Part shown: positions 48,996 to 59,038 of the stretch, piece after piece
How positions within the stretch are numbered: the first letter of the stretch is position 1
Layout: each line of letters opens with the position of its first letter
NCBI GenBank assembly: GCA_002011125.2
Contig: MTMF02000009.1
Coordinates: forward strand, 808,989-872,988
From: Candidatus Hydrothermarchaeum profundi
GTDB lineage: Archaea > Hydrothermarchaeota > Hydrothermarchaeia > Hydrothermarchaeales > Hydrothermarchaeaceae
Length of the DNA: 64,000 nt
Direction: 5' to 3'
Notes under the pieces: generated by a model
Told to the model about the DNA's origin: nothing
Seen by the model: the letters and a program-made list of their open reading frames with translations, nothing else
Database searches by the model: none
Made by a program: the position numbers and the translations under genes

Positions 48996-50126
48996 TTAAG
49001 AGAGCAAGTGAATATTACCTACCCTCACTCTCTTAAGGTATCTCCTCGCTACTTTTAGACATTCCTCTGCTTGCTTGCGGCTCGTAGTAGGCATATCAAC
49101 CATCATATAATGAGGATAAAATGCCAGCAGGGAATAGGGTATCTCCTCGTCTAAACCAGCTATAAATTTAGCTAGCGCTCTAACCTCCTCTACGTCAACA
49201 TAACCAGGTACAAGGAGAGTGCTTGCCACTAGAAAAGGAGGGTCTCTCCTATCCCCAAATCCAGCTAGCCATTCAAAGTTTTTCAGGGTTTGAATATTAC
49301 TTGTTCCAGTGAGTGCTATATTTAAGTTCTCATTCCATGCTTTCAAATCGAATTTTATGCAGCCCCCGCTTTCTAAGGAAAGCTCTGCAGCTTTTTTTAA
49401 CATACCATGTGACATAGACCCGTTGCTTTCGAAACATATTCTTAGTATTCTACCCTCAGCTTCTCTAAGAGCTAACTCACTAGTTTTTATAGCATGAGGC
49501 ATCTGCGGAGTAGGGTCTCCACCAAAATAGCAGATACATGAGGTTTTTTCATCTACTTTGCTCGCTAGATCCCTTGCAGTAATTATAGGGCTCATCCTCT
49601 TAGTGTTCTCTCTAAAATGCCAGTTTTGGCAGAATAGACAGTCATAAGAGCATGCACCATAAAACACCGCTAGATTCTTGTACCCGTATTCTGGGCCATC
49701 TTTTGCATGTGAGTATTTAGGATACCCAGCTCCTGTGCCACCTGGACAGCACCACTCTGCGACACAGTTAGTAGGCAGGGGATCGTGGTACCATTCAGCT
49801 ATTCCTCTTTCAGGAGTTCTAGCAAGGTGTACTAGCTTGCCATTTACATTTTCTCTTAGACCGCAGTAGCCTCTGCTCCCTTCGGGTATCCTACAATCAT
49901 TAACACATAGCCCGCATCTAACGCCGTTAAAGTCTTTAGGCGGCTTAGGCGGCAAAGAGTGTCTTTTTCTACTCTCTGCGTGAATCTCTTCAACTATTGA
50001 CATTCCTCTGCCCTTTTTTATACATTGGCCGCAAACTCTTAAATGCTTAGAGATAAGGGGCGATCTACTGCCGCACTCAACACAAGTGCCCTCTTCGACA
50101 CCTAGTTTCTCCAGAAATCTAAACAT
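48996..50126 (-). CDS. Radical SAM protein (PFL-activase/AmrS-related, Cys-rich N-terminus)
   Basis: CSYDCLFCQNW, DPLPTNC, GGDP, LLAFYP, GNIHLL. Confidence 0.85.
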   Translation of the reverse strand: MFRFLEKLGVEEGTCVECGSRSPLISKHLRVCGQCIKKGRGMSIVEEIHAESRKRHSLPPKPPKDFNGVRCGLCVNDCRIPEGSRGYCGLRENVNGKLVHLARTPERGIAEWYHDPLPTNCVAEWCCPGGTGAGYPKYSHAKDGPEYGYKNLAVFYGACSYDCLFCQNWHFRENTKRMSPIITARDLASKVDEKTSCICYFGGDPTPQMPHAIKTSELALREAEGRILRICFESNGSMSHGMLKKAAELSLESGGCIKFDLKAWNENLNIALTGTSNIQTLKNFEWLAGFGDRRDPPFLVASTLLVPGYVDVEEVRALAKFIAGLDEEIPYSLLAFYPHYMMVDMPTTSRKQAEECLKVARRYLKRVRVGNIHLLS

Positions 50127-50159
50127 AGTATATATAGTAAAAATAACAAAAAAAGGAGT

Positions 50160-50324
50160 ATGGGGAAACCTATTAAGGACATGTTCCTTCGAATAGTTGA
50201 AGAGTGGGAGAGGAAATGGAGAGACGAGATAGGGTTTTATGATTTTCTCACCGATTACGTTGAGATCAATGACGATCAGAGAACCTTCGTTATTAAAAAG
50301 AAAAGAAGAAGGCCAGAATTCTAA
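50160..50324 (+). CDS. Putative 54-aa small protein (not in the ORF track)
   Basis: MGKPIKDMFLRIVEEWERKWRDEIGFYDFLTDYVEINDDQRTFVIKKKRRRPEF; fills the gap between 50126 and 50321; AGGAG just upstream. Confidence 0.55.
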   Translation: MGKPIKDMFLRIVEEWERKWRDEIGFYDFLTDYVEINDDQRTFVIKKKRRRPEF

Positions 50325-50932
50325 TGCTTCTTATGTCCGATAGGCATGATATATATAGGCTTATGATCGTTCGGGATCTCTAGTACATGCTGGACTTCTT
50401 TATCATAGAAGGCTCCTACCGCTACTGTCGAAAGCCCCAGAGACTCGCACTCGAGGTAGACATTTTGAGAAACATGCCCCGCTTCTGCATACACGTATCT
50501 ATGCCCTCTGTCCCCATACTTAGCCATAGTCCTCTCAAAGACAGCTGTTATTACCAACACCAGCGGCGCTTCCTCTATGAAAGATTGACCGAGAGCAGCC
50601 CTAGCCAGGCTTCTCCTCACGTCATTATCTGATATTTTTATAAGCTTATGCGGCTCTGGGAGATAGTGAAATATACCATCTTTTGTAGCTAAGTATATTT
50701 CAATAGGGTATAACGCTCCTGCAGACGGAACGGACCTTAGCTTATACCCCCATTCCTCACCGGTTATCCCCTGGGCAGCCCAGAGGATCATAGATATTTC
50801 TCCGAGGGTAATCGGTTCTTTCTTGAAACTCCTAATCGACCTTCTTCTCGAGATCGCTTCTTCTACAGCGATACCTTTAAACTTTGGAAGTGGTAGGCTA
50901 ACACTATTCAAGGATTTTTCCACTCCCACCAC
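50321..50932 (-). CDS. SagB/ThcOx-like nitroreductase family protein
   Basis: RRRSIRSF, LWAAQG, PSAGALYP, KYGDRG, EAGH. Confidence 0.9.
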   Translation of the reverse strand: MVGVEKSLNSVSLPLPKFKGIAVEEAISRRRSIRSFKKEPITLGEISMILWAAQGITGEEWGYKLRSVPSAGALYPIEIYLATKDGIFHYLPEPHKLIKISDNDVRRSLARAALGQSFIEEAPLVLVITAVFERTMAKYGDRGHRYVYAEAGHVSQNVYLECESLGLSTVAVGAFYDKEVQHVLEIPNDHKPIYIMPIGHKKH

Positions 50933-51554
50933 AAAACCTCGTTATAATTTCTACCGCTACCTGAGCAGAATCTTTGAGATAATCCAGTGGAATACCCTTT
51001 ACTCCAGCGAGAACGAGCATAGCGTTCTCAGTGTCCTCTGTGATCTTAGTTAGCTCAGAGTCCCTGTAAGGATATATGTTCAATATTTTATCTTTGTCTG
51101 CCATTACTATCTCGCCGTTCGTTACTAGCTCTTTTCCTCCAATTCCAGTAAATTTTTCGCCTCGGGAGGTTCGAATTCTAAGTTCCCCGTTTATCTTGCT
51201 TAGATCATAGGCGCCCATAGAGATAAGCGTCAAAATGGATGCGAGATTGTAGGAATCGACGACGTTATTTATTCTCGGTATCTTCTTACCGCTGAGCACC
51301 CTTCTTAGGAGTGCCTCTGAGGAGGGTCTAATCTTAGTCGGGTCTATACCTATTCTCCAATAGAAGTCTCTATAGCTCCGTATAATGGGATTATCTTTCA
51401 AATTCTCTAAATCGAATTTCTTTTTAATTTCCTCTATTTTCTGGGACTCAAATAACTCGAATTCCTCACTAGATTTTTCTATCTTGACTCCTTCTATCTC
51501 AGCAGATACTACTCTTATGTCATATTTCTCCTTAAGTTCATCATCAACGATCAT
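50904..51554 (-). CDS. Stand-alone B3/B4 (PheT-type editing) domain protein
   Basis: YRDFYWRIGIDPTKIRPSSEALLRR, INNVVD.YN, GAYD. Confidence 0.88.
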   Translation of the reverse strand: MIVDDELKEKYDIRVVSAEIEGVKIEKSSEEFELFESQKIEEIKKKFDLENLKDNPIIRSYRDFYWRIGIDPTKIRPSSEALLRRVLSGKKIPRINNVVDSYNLASILTLISMGAYDLSKINGELRIRTSRGEKFTGIGGKELVTNGEIVMADKDKILNIYPYRDSELTKITEDTENAMLVLAGVKGIPLDYLKDSAQVAVEIITRFCGGSGKILE

Positions 51555-51556
51555 TT

Positions 51557-52021
51557 TCAGCTAACAAAGAAGAGCTTATTTGCGAACTCAATCAAGTCTA
51601 CACCCAGATAGAGTTTTAAGATTAAGCCGGTAACAATCTGCGCTAGTAGTGCAAGTCCCCATACTTTCCAGGCTTGTAGCCAGGTGGTATTGAGATATAT
51701 CTTCAAGACGTAGATCATGGCACAAATTCCTAGAATGAATCCAAGGATACCACCCACTACAGGTATAACTGATAAAACCAAAACCACAATCCATTGGACA
51801 GCCATCACAGCTGTGGCAGTTAATAATACTTTAGTAAATGTTACTTCATAAATACCTGCGGCAGTAGCCCCGAAAAGTAGGAATAAGGTAAACAAAACTA
51901 TCATTAAAGCAAGGGTAGAAAAAAACATTAACGGATTCTCCCTCATTAGAATCAAGGGATATAAGGGCTGCATAATTATTTTTGATTTCACAATATTTAT
52001 ATTATTTTCGTGAAAATCCAA
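51557..52021 (-). CDS. Hypothetical membrane protein (start uncertain)
   Basis: About 4 hydrophobic segments. Confidence 0.65.
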   Translation of the reverse strand: MDFHENNINIVKSKIIMQPLYPLILMRENPLMFFSTLALMIVLFTLFLLFGATAAGIYEVTFTKVLLTATAVMAVQWIVVLVLSVIPVVGGILGFILGICAMIYVLKIYLNTTWLQAWKVWGLALLAQIVTGLILKLYLGVDLIEFANKLFFVS

Positions 52022-52052
52022 GTCTAAAGGTTATTAATCGGAGGATAAAGTC

Positions 52053-53294
52053 TTGAAAATCGGAATAATCGGAGCAGGATTAGGTGGACTCCTTGCTGGA
52101 GTAGCGCTTCAAAAAAAAGGATTTGATGTGGTGATCTTTGAAAGACTCTCACAACCTGGGGGAAGATTCACAAACTATGAATGCAAGGGATTCCAGCTCT
52201 CTACTGGAGCACTCCATATGATACCACACGGTGAAAATGGGCCACTTGGAAGAATGCTAAAGAGTTTAGATGCAGATGTTGAAATAATACCCTCTAAGCC
52301 GGAAGGATACTTCCGGATTAATGGAGAAGACTATCTATTTACCGAGCTGAAGAGTTTGCTTTCTCTGCCTGATAGAATAAGAACGAGCCTAATTTTCACG
52401 CTCCTAAAATTTAGTAGAGGAGGAAAAGAGAGTTATCGGGAATGGTTAGAGAATAAAATTAATAACCCTCTGGTATTTCAAATAGCAGATTCTTTCTGCG
52501 GCTGGTCATTAAGCTTGTCAGCTTCAGATGTTTCTTCGAGGGAGCTTATATCTATAGCTAAGAACATTTATCGCCGGGGGGGACCTGGTATACCGCTAGG
52601 AGGATGCGGAGGAGTAACAAATGCTCTGGTTCAAGAGTTTGAGAATTTAGGTGGTAGGATAAGATATAAAGAAACGGTTAAAGGAATAATCACAGAGTCA
52701 AGAGAAGCTAAGGGTATTATCGCGAGTGAAAAGCATCAGTACGATATAATTATAAGCAATATAGGCCCAAAGGCGACGATAAGGCTTTGCGACAAAGGAT
52801 GCTTCGATGAGCTGTATATTAAAAAGATTGAGGGTATAAGAGAGGCAGCAGGTATCAAGATATCGATAGCATGTGAGAAGCCCATGCTTGGACATTCTGG
52901 TGTCCTTTTCACGCCCCAAGCTAAACGTATTGATGGGCTGAATGAAGTAACAAACGTAGATCCCTCGCTTGCACCAGAGGGTAAGCATCTACTAATGTCT
53001 CACCAATCCTTAAAGCCAGGTAAAAACATTAAAGAAGAGGTTAGACTAGCAAAAGAGGATCTTAGGAACCTATTTCCCGACTTTGATTCAGTCTGCAAAA
53101 TTTTAGCTGTGCAAGTTTATAGGGGAGGTTGGCCTGTTAATAGGGCGCCCTCTGGGGTCTATGTAGACCCAGTATCTCCTCTAAGAGGCCTATACTATGT
53201 TGGGGACGCTATCAAACCAGAAGGCTGGATGGAAACTGATGGAGTGGCAGCAGGGGCGTTAGAGGTGCTAAGAGCTATCGAAGATCAGTGGTAA
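52053..53294 (+). CDS. Phytoene-dehydrogenase-like FAD oxidoreductase
   Basis: IIGAGLGGL, GGR, STGALH..PHG, PSLAPEGKHL, YYVGD. Confidence 0.85.
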   Translation: MKIGIIGAGLGGLLAGVALQKKGFDVVIFERLSQPGGRFTNYECKGFQLSTGALHMIPHGENGPLGRMLKSLDADVEIIPSKPEGYFRINGEDYLFTELKSLLSLPDRIRTSLIFTLLKFSRGGKESYREWLENKINNPLVFQIADSFCGWSLSLSASDVSSRELISIAKNIYRRGGPGIPLGGCGGVTNALVQEFENLGGRIRYKETVKGIITESREAKGIIASEKHQYDIIISNIGPKATIRLCDKGCFDELYIKKIEGIREAAGIKISIACEKPMLGHSGVLFTPQAKRIDGLNEVTNVDPSLAPEGKHLLMSHQSLKPGKNIKEEVRLAKEDLRNLFPDFDSVCKILAVQVYRGGWPVNRAPSGVYVDPVSPLRGLYYVGDAIKPEGWMETDGVAAGALEVLRAIEDQW

Positions 53295-54019
53295 ATAATT
53301 CTGGAAAATCTTTTGGCATCTTCATCCATATATACATTGTTAAAAAGCACGTAAATCTCTTCGCTTCTAATTTCTTTACATATTTTTGATAGTCTTTGAA
53401 GTTCCTCATCGGTGTATTGGTGCTTATAGTTTATTCTATTATTTTTATATGCACCATGAAGCCTAAAGTATAAGATATTTGTCTTTATTGATGGAAGATT
53501 TAGGAGTGGGTCAACGCAGTGTACTAGTTCTAATTTATCGCACAGTTCTCTGACTATATCAGAGTTCCACTCTCCCCTAGGCTCCCACGCTAGTATCAGA
53601 TTATCTCTATCTATTGATTGGAAAAAAGTAATCATATTTTGAATATTCCTTTCGATTGGTTTAAAGCTCTTGGGGCATTGGAAAACTACGACTCTAGTGT
53701 TTAATGCTTTGCATATCTTTCTGGTCTCATCCCATGCGTTTAATACTTCATCGGTGAGTTTAAAGAATCCATATCGTTCCTTATCTTCATTATCGACCTT
53801 TATTCTTGCTTTTTTATAGGTAGGGCTTGTTGGGGGATGGGTAATAAGTTGCCATGCTTTCAATGAAAACTCAAAATCTTCAGGCGCCTTCTTCCTCCAT
53901 TTTTCTGCGGTTTCTAGTTTTGGCAAATCATAAAAAGTCTTTTGAACCTCTACCAAGTTGAAACTCTTGAAATAGGATTCCATACCCTTGGTAAATCCGC
54001 AGCAACCAACTTTTATCAT
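53285..54019 (-). CDS. DUF72 family protein
   Basis: VGCCGF, VEVQKTFY, KAWQLITH, FQCP, WEPRG, YFRLHG, FNN. Confidence 0.9.
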   Translation of the reverse strand: MIKVGCCGFTKGMESYFKSFNLVEVQKTFYDLPKLETAEKWRKKAPEDFEFSLKAWQLITHPPTSPTYKKARIKVDNEDKERYGFFKLTDEVLNAWDETRKICKALNTRVVVFQCPKSFKPIERNIQNMITFFQSIDRDNLILAWEPRGEWNSDIVRELCDKLELVHCVDPLLNLPSIKTNILYFRLHGAYKNNRINYKHQYTDEELQRLSKICKEIRSEEIYVLFNNVYMDEDAKRFSRIIYH

Positions 54020-54084
54020 ATTATTTTTTAGTAAGACTTCATGGATAGTAAATTTTATCTATTCACATAGTATATTAAAAGCGG

Positions 54085-54846
54085 ATGGTCTACCTCTATT
54101 TCATGGGCACAGCTGGGAGTGGGAAGACAACTCTAACCTACGCTTTTCAGCTTTGGATGAATCAGGCAGGATATGACAGCATAACCGTCAACTTAGATCC
54201 AGGGGCAGAGAGGATACCTTACCCTGCTGACGTGGATGTGAGAGACTGGGTGTCACTGCCTGAAGTGATGGATCGCTATAGCTTAGGACCGAATGGAGCG
54301 CAGATAATATGCGCTGATATGCTGGCTTTGAACGCCGTCAAAATAAAGGAAGCGATGGATGAGTTCAAGGCAGATTATTTCCTCATAGATACCCCTGGGC
54401 AGGTTGAGTTATTTGCGTACCGTGACGCATCAAAGACGGTGATAGAGACCTTCGGCGAAAGGGACTCAATGATAGCGTTCCTAATAGACCCGGCCTTGGC
54501 TAAAACTCCGACCGGATTTATTTCCCTTGCATTGCTGAGTTGCTCAATCCAGTTCAGACTAGAGTTGCCCACGGTTAACGTATTGAGTAAAGTAGACTTA
54601 CTTGATGAAGACGAGAAGGAAAAGATAATAAGATGGAGCCAAGAGGGCGAGGAACTCCAACGTGCACTCATGGAATCCCCAACTACAATGCAAACACAGA
54701 TGAGCTATGAACTTTTCAAAGTATTAGAATCAAGCGGGGCTTTCAGAGGATTGACGCCCGTATCGAGTGAATCTCTTTTCGGCATGGAGGATCTCTATAA
54801 CGCGGTGCAACAGATATTCTTCGGTGGAGAGGACTTAGAGAAATAG
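54085..54846 (+). CDS. GPN-loop GTPase
   Basis: GTAGSGKTT, NLDPG, LGPNG, DTPGQVELF, SKVD. Confidence 0.93.
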   Translation: MVYLYFMGTAGSGKTTLTYAFQLWMNQAGYDSITVNLDPGAERIPYPADVDVRDWVSLPEVMDRYSLGPNGAQIICADMLALNAVKIKEAMDEFKADYFLIDTPGQVELFAYRDASKTVIETFGERDSMIAFLIDPALAKTPTGFISLALLSCSIQFRLELPTVNVLSKVDLLDEDEKEKIIRWSQEGEELQRALMESPTTMQTQMSYELFKVLESSGAFRGLTPVSSESLFGMEDLYNAVQQIFFGGEDLEK

Positions 54847-54962
54847 TTGCATGCTTGCTTATCCCTCATACTACTTTGGTTCGCAGCATAAATTTACCCT
54901 CGACTATCGTATGACGTCAAAGCAACTGCAATCGTTCCGTTACTATGTTCCCTCTTCCCGTC

Positions 54963-55478
54963 TCACCCTAGTTTATACCCTATATCTCGCAAGAACTTCT
55001 TTCTAGCTTGAGTGTCTTCCTCCCCTTCAATGCCCTTTGATTTATGCCCATCTATAACCCCTAAAATACCCCGGCCTTGCTCGGTTTCTCCAATGATAAC
55101 TTCCACATCATTTGCAGTAGCACAGTATATTCGGCAGACTTCAGGTACATCCTTTACAGCATTTAGGACATTTATAGGATATGCGTTTTCCAATATTATA
55201 ATAAAACTATGACCTGCAGACAGCGCTAGCGCATTTTTCCCTGCCAGTTTCTCCAATTTTTCATCATTACCTTCCACCCGAACTAAACAGGGTCCTGAGG
55301 ATTCACAAAATGCAAGACCAAACTTTATACCTGGAACAGAGTTAATCAGCACTTCATATAGGTCTTCCACGGTTTTAATAAAGTGGGCTTGCCCGAGAAT
55401 TATATTAGCTTCTTTAGGTTTTTCTATTCTAACGGTTTTTAATTCCATCTCCAGGCACCTTTGTAAGTAGTTTAGCAA
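54963..55478 (-). CDS. Adenosine-specific kinase family (DUF355) protein
   Basis: GQAHFIKTVEDL, AFCESSG, CATAN, GRGILGVIDG, IGYK. Confidence 0.88.
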   Translation of the reverse strand: MLNYLQRCLEMELKTVRIEKPKEANIILGQAHFIKTVEDLYEVLINSVPGIKFGLAFCESSGPCLVRVEGNDEKLEKLAGKNALALSAGHSFIIILENAYPINVLNAVKDVPEVCRIYCATANDVEVIIGETEQGRGILGVIDGHKSKGIEGEEDTQARKKFLRDIGYKLG

Positions 55479-56928
55479 ATTTTCGTTCTACAGATTGCCT
55501 ATGAATAGTGTTATAGGTGCAGAACGGTATAACTCTCCCATCAGGAACAGCATAGTGTATAACACATCTTTGAATCCTTTCTCTATCAAGGTTATATGGA
55601 TCCATAAAGTGCATGCAACCAATAAATATCGAGTTCTTAAATAATTCTGCCAGAGCTTCCCTTTTCCCCTCTTTCAAAAGATTAGTGACAAGATGTGGGA
55701 TGTTACTTGACTTTGGCATTTGTTTAAGGTCAACTAGCTTTAGAATCTCTTTGGAAAGCTTAGCAAGCGAGGTGATCTTACCTATCTTGCCTTTATTTTT
55801 TATCTCACCTGTGAGTTCGTCTAAGAGTTCGAATAACCCTTCAACGTCTATGAAGCGGGTTATAGGTATAAGCTTACCATCCTCTACAAATACAAATGTA
55901 GCTGCTCCACATGCGGGATGGCAGGTGGGAAATCCTACCGGCTCATTCTTCCAAGCCTCGATGAAGTTAGCTATGGAACCTACGCAAGGTACTGGATAAA
56001 AATCTTCTTTTCTTATTTGACCATCTGTTTGTTCTTCAACTAATTGGAGAAAATCAGGAATGGTTATCCTTTTTTCTTTAAGTTCTCTTTTTGAAATCCT
56101 TCCAGTAAAGGACACCGGTTGAACATTTAGAGATCTAACTACGTCTCTATTTTCAACTACAAACCTAATCATATCACCAATTTGATGGTCGTTAACACCT
56201 CTCACAAGAGTGGGTACAAGGGTTATACTATCGAAGCCTATCTTTCTACAGTTTTCTATGACCTTAAGTTTCTTAGGAAGAGCATTATACCCGCGTGCTT
56301 CTATATAAGGCGCTTCTGTTATGCCATCGAACTGGAGGTATATTGTATTAAGACCTGCGTCCTTGAGTTTCTTTAGGTATTCTATGTCTTCAGCGATTCT
56401 CACTCCATTGGTGGCGACTTGTATTTGTGAGAAGCCCATCTCCTTAGCCATTCTAATTAAGTCTGGTAGGTCCTCCCTCACGGTAGGTTCTCCCCCAGAG
56501 AATTGAATAACAGAGCAGGGCACGGGCTTTTGGTTTCTAAGCACCTCAAACATTTTTTTTATCTGCTCTTTTGAAGGTTCGAAGACATAACCTTGAACAG
56601 CGGCATTAGCAAAGCAAATCGGACATCGCTGATTGCACCTATTTGTTATATCAATATTGCATAAGATTGTAGACGATTTATGCTCAGGACAGATGCCACA
56701 GTCATAGGGACATCCCTCTTCTGTTTTAGTTAGAGGGTTTTTCAGGGGGAATATATAATGGTCGTATTTCATAAAGCGTTTCAAAAGTTTGGAGTCGCTC
56801 CAGTAAACGTCTTCGAATTCTCCATGTTCTGGACATATCTTTCTCATCATTACTTTGCCATTTTCTTCATAGACCTCAGCATCTATTCGACTAAGGCATT
56901 CAGGACACAAAGATACGGTCTTACTCAT
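55429..56928 (-). CDS. tes: Tetraether lipid synthase-type radical SAM (MJ0619/Tes family)
   Basis: N-terminal CPEC...CPEH, CPYDCGICPEH, CNQRCPIC, C-terminal CVIHYAVPDGRVIPFC. Confidence 0.85.
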   Translation of the reverse strand: MSKTVSLCPECLSRIDAEVYEENGKVMMRKICPEHGEFEDVYWSDSKLLKRFMKYDHYIFPLKNPLTKTEEGCPYDCGICPEHKSSTILCNIDITNRCNQRCPICFANAAVQGYVFEPSKEQIKKMFEVLRNQKPVPCSVIQFSGGEPTVREDLPDLIRMAKEMGFSQIQVATNGVRIAEDIEYLKKLKDAGLNTIYLQFDGITEAPYIEARGYNALPKKLKVIENCRKIGFDSITLVPTLVRGVNDHQIGDMIRFVVENRDVVRSLNVQPVSFTGRISKRELKEKRITIPDFLQLVEEQTDGQIRKEDFYPVPCVGSIANFIEAWKNEPVGFPTCHPACGAATFVFVEDGKLIPITRFIDVEGLFELLDELTGEIKNKGKIGKITSLAKLSKEILKLVDLKQMPKSSNIPHLVTNLLKEGKREALAELFKNSIFIGCMHFMDPYNLDRERIQRCVIHYAVPDGRVIPFCTYNTIHRQSVERKFAKLLTKVPGDGIKNR

Positions 56929-56970
56929 TTCACCACCTTTTCCCTAAGTGAGAATTCCCCACTCAATAAA

Positions 56971-57522
56971 TTATTGTTTTCTTACATTTATAAGATTTTT
57001 TAGAATTTCCAATCCCGTTCCATTTTTAGCAGAAAATGGAACAATTATGCTATCCCATTTACACCATGGCGGGGAGAGCCCGAGAAGGCTGCTTATCTTA
57101 TTAAGAGTTTCGTCCTTATTCTTAACTTTATCGATTTTGTTAGCTACGACTATAGGATTAAGCTTCATTTCATTAAGAAAATAAAACATCTCTATCTCTA
57201 CCGGGATTTCCCCTCTGTTATACCATCTCTCTGCAATTTCAATAAAAGAGTTCGCATCAATAACTTGTATAGCGAAAAGAATTTCCTCATTTTCTATAAA
57301 CTTAACTATAAAGTCTTTTATTTTTTCCTGCTTATAACTGCTAACCCCCGGCATATATCCAAACCCTGGCATGTCTACGAGTATTATATCTCCATATGGG
57401 ATAAAGTAGGGCTTTAGCGTCACTCCAGGCCTTTTTCCAGTTTTTATTTTTTCCCCAGTAAGCAATTTTAAAACACTGCTCTTCCCAACATTTGACCTGC
57501 CCACAACTACTACTTTATTCAT
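56971..57522 (-). CDS. engB: EngB/YihA family GTPase
   Basis: GRSNVGKSS, GKRPGVT, DMPGFG, NKID, SAK. Confidence 0.92.
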   Translation of the reverse strand: MNKVVVVGRSNVGKSSVLKLLTGEKIKTGKRPGVTLKPYFIPYGDIILVDMPGFGYMPGVSSYKQEKIKDFIVKFIENEEILFAIQVIDANSFIEIAERWYNRGEIPVEIEMFYFLNEMKLNPIVVANKIDKVKNKDETLNKISSLLGLSPPWCKWDSIIVPFSAKNGTGLEILKNLINVRKQ

Positions 57523-57597
57523 CTTATTCTAAGATTGTTTTAAAGCTAATAACATTTTTCTTCATATTTTTAAAGGAAAAGTTGCAAAAAGGATACT

Positions 57598-58113
57598 ATG
57601 AAAATATTGGTTACAGGGCCTCCAGGATGCGGTAAAACAACTTTAGTAAAAAACGTAATAGCATCTTCTAAAAAAAAAGTAGGCGGAATTATTACTGAGG
57701 AAATCCGATGCGGGGGGGTGAGAGTAGGTTTTAAGTTGATTGATTTATCTACTAATAGTGAGGGGATATTATCCCATGTAGAACAAAAAAAGGGGCCTAG
57801 AGTAGGTAAGTATCGAGTAAATCTGCCTGATTTAGATGATATAGGCATAAAAGCAATAGAAAATGCGATAGAAGAAGGGGAAGTAATTGTAATAGATGAA
57901 ATAGGCCCTATGGAATTGCATAGCGAAAAATTTATTAAGACCGTTGAAAAAGCATTTGACTCTGGAAAAGATATTATAGCAACGATTCATTTCAAGTCTA
58001 AGCATCCATTCATTGAAGATTTAAAGAAAAAAAGCGATGTTTTGTATATCTTGAATGAGAATAATAGGAACACTATAAGGAAAGAAATAGTGAGGTATCT
58101 AAATGAAGATTAA
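57598..58113 (+). CDS. THEP1/HCR-type NTPase
   Basis: TGPPGCGKTT, RVGF, RVGKY.V, IDEIGPME. Confidence 0.92.
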   Translation: MKILVTGPPGCGKTTLVKNVIASSKKKVGGIITEEIRCGGVRVGFKLIDLSTNSEGILSHVEQKKGPRVGKYRVNLPDLDDIGIKAIENAIEEGEVIVIDEIGPMELHSEKFIKTVEKAFDSGKDIIATIHFKSKHPFIEDLKKKSDVLYILNENNRNTIRKEIVRYLNED

Positions 58114-58555
58114 GCTTGTAGGCTTTAGAGGCTCCCGGAGAGGGGTATATAATGATTATGGAATTTTAGAAGTTGAAAATGAAAATCCAGTAGATCTCAT
58201 TGGAGAAAAGGTGGTTTGGACCACACCTACCGGGAAAACTATAATCGGAAAAATATTACGGCAACATGGCTCTCGCAATCTCTTAGCAAAATTTAGAAAA
58301 GGCTTGCCTGGAAATGCTTTAGGAGACGAACTCAAACTTTCAAAGCTATCTAAAGCAAAAGAGAAAATTGAAAAAGCCCCTGAGAAACCTCTTAAAGTAA
58401 AAAAATCTAAAGTAAAAGAAGAAAAAGCTCCAAAACCTAAGAAAGAAGAAAAAGCTAAAAAGAAAAAGACGGCACCAAAAAAAGGTAAAAAAAGTAAGGA
58501 GACCGCAAAGAAAAAACCCGCTTCGAAGAAAAAATCTACTTCAAAGAAAAAGTAG
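58103..58555 (+). CDS. rpl35ae: 50S ribosomal protein L35Ae with long Lys-rich C-terminal tail
   Basis: LIGEKVVW..PTGK.I.GKI.R.HG....AKF.KGLPG.ALG; about 70-aa K/E/A/P tail. Confidence 0.8.
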   Translation: MKIKLVGFRGSRRGVYNDYGILEVENENPVDLIGEKVVWTTPTGKTIIGKILRQHGSRNLLAKFRKGLPGNALGDELKLSKLSKAKEKIEKAPEKPLKVKKSKVKEEKAPKPKKEEKAKKKKTAPKKGKKSKETAKKKPASKKKSTSKKK

Positions 58556-58557
58556 GT

Positions 58558-58965
58558 TCATGTAACCTTAAGTTCCTCCTCGATGAACTTTCCCTTTCTT
58601 TCATCCCATATCCAAGACGAGATCGTTCCGCTGGGGACTGATATTATAATATAAGATGCTCCACTCCAGCTGGCTCTCTCAGAGTCGATTATAGAAGGGT
58701 AGCTACCTCCCGATGGATGTGAATGAAAAAAGCCTACAATTTCAAGAGCTTTTTCATTTGCATGATCCATGATTTTAAGAATCTCTTTTGGGTCGATTGT
58801 GTATCTCGCTATTGGGTAAGCATCAACATTAGTGCACAGGTGGACTTCTTTAACAATCTTGACATCTCCCCATTCCCCCACCAATATACCACAGGACTCC
58901 TTAGGCGCCTCACTGCGTGCATGTTGAAGTATTTTCTTGACGTGATCTTGTTTTAGAATAATCAT
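58558..58965 (-). CDS. JAMM/MPN+ metalloprotease (M67)
   Basis: ESCGIL, FHSHP....PS..D. Confidence 0.92.
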   Translation of the reverse strand: MIILKQDHVKKILQHARSEAPKESCGILVGEWGDVKIVKEVHLCTNVDAYPIARYTIDPKEILKIMDHANEKALEIVGFFHSHPSGGSYPSIIDSERASWSGASYIIISVPSGTISSWIWDERKGKFIEEELKVT

Positions 58966-59038
58966 TTACTCCTCACAGAGAAAGTTATTATACAAGTTCC
59001 TTTTATCGCAAGTCTTATTTATTCTGTTATTTATCAAT

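Noticed and set aside
47959-50932. RiPP cluster (radical SAMs + SagB-like + small ORF)
   Set aside because: No YcaO, SPASM or RRE domains, mixed orientations, and the small ORF lacks a Cys/Ser/Thr-rich core; stand-alone SagB-like nitroreductases are common.
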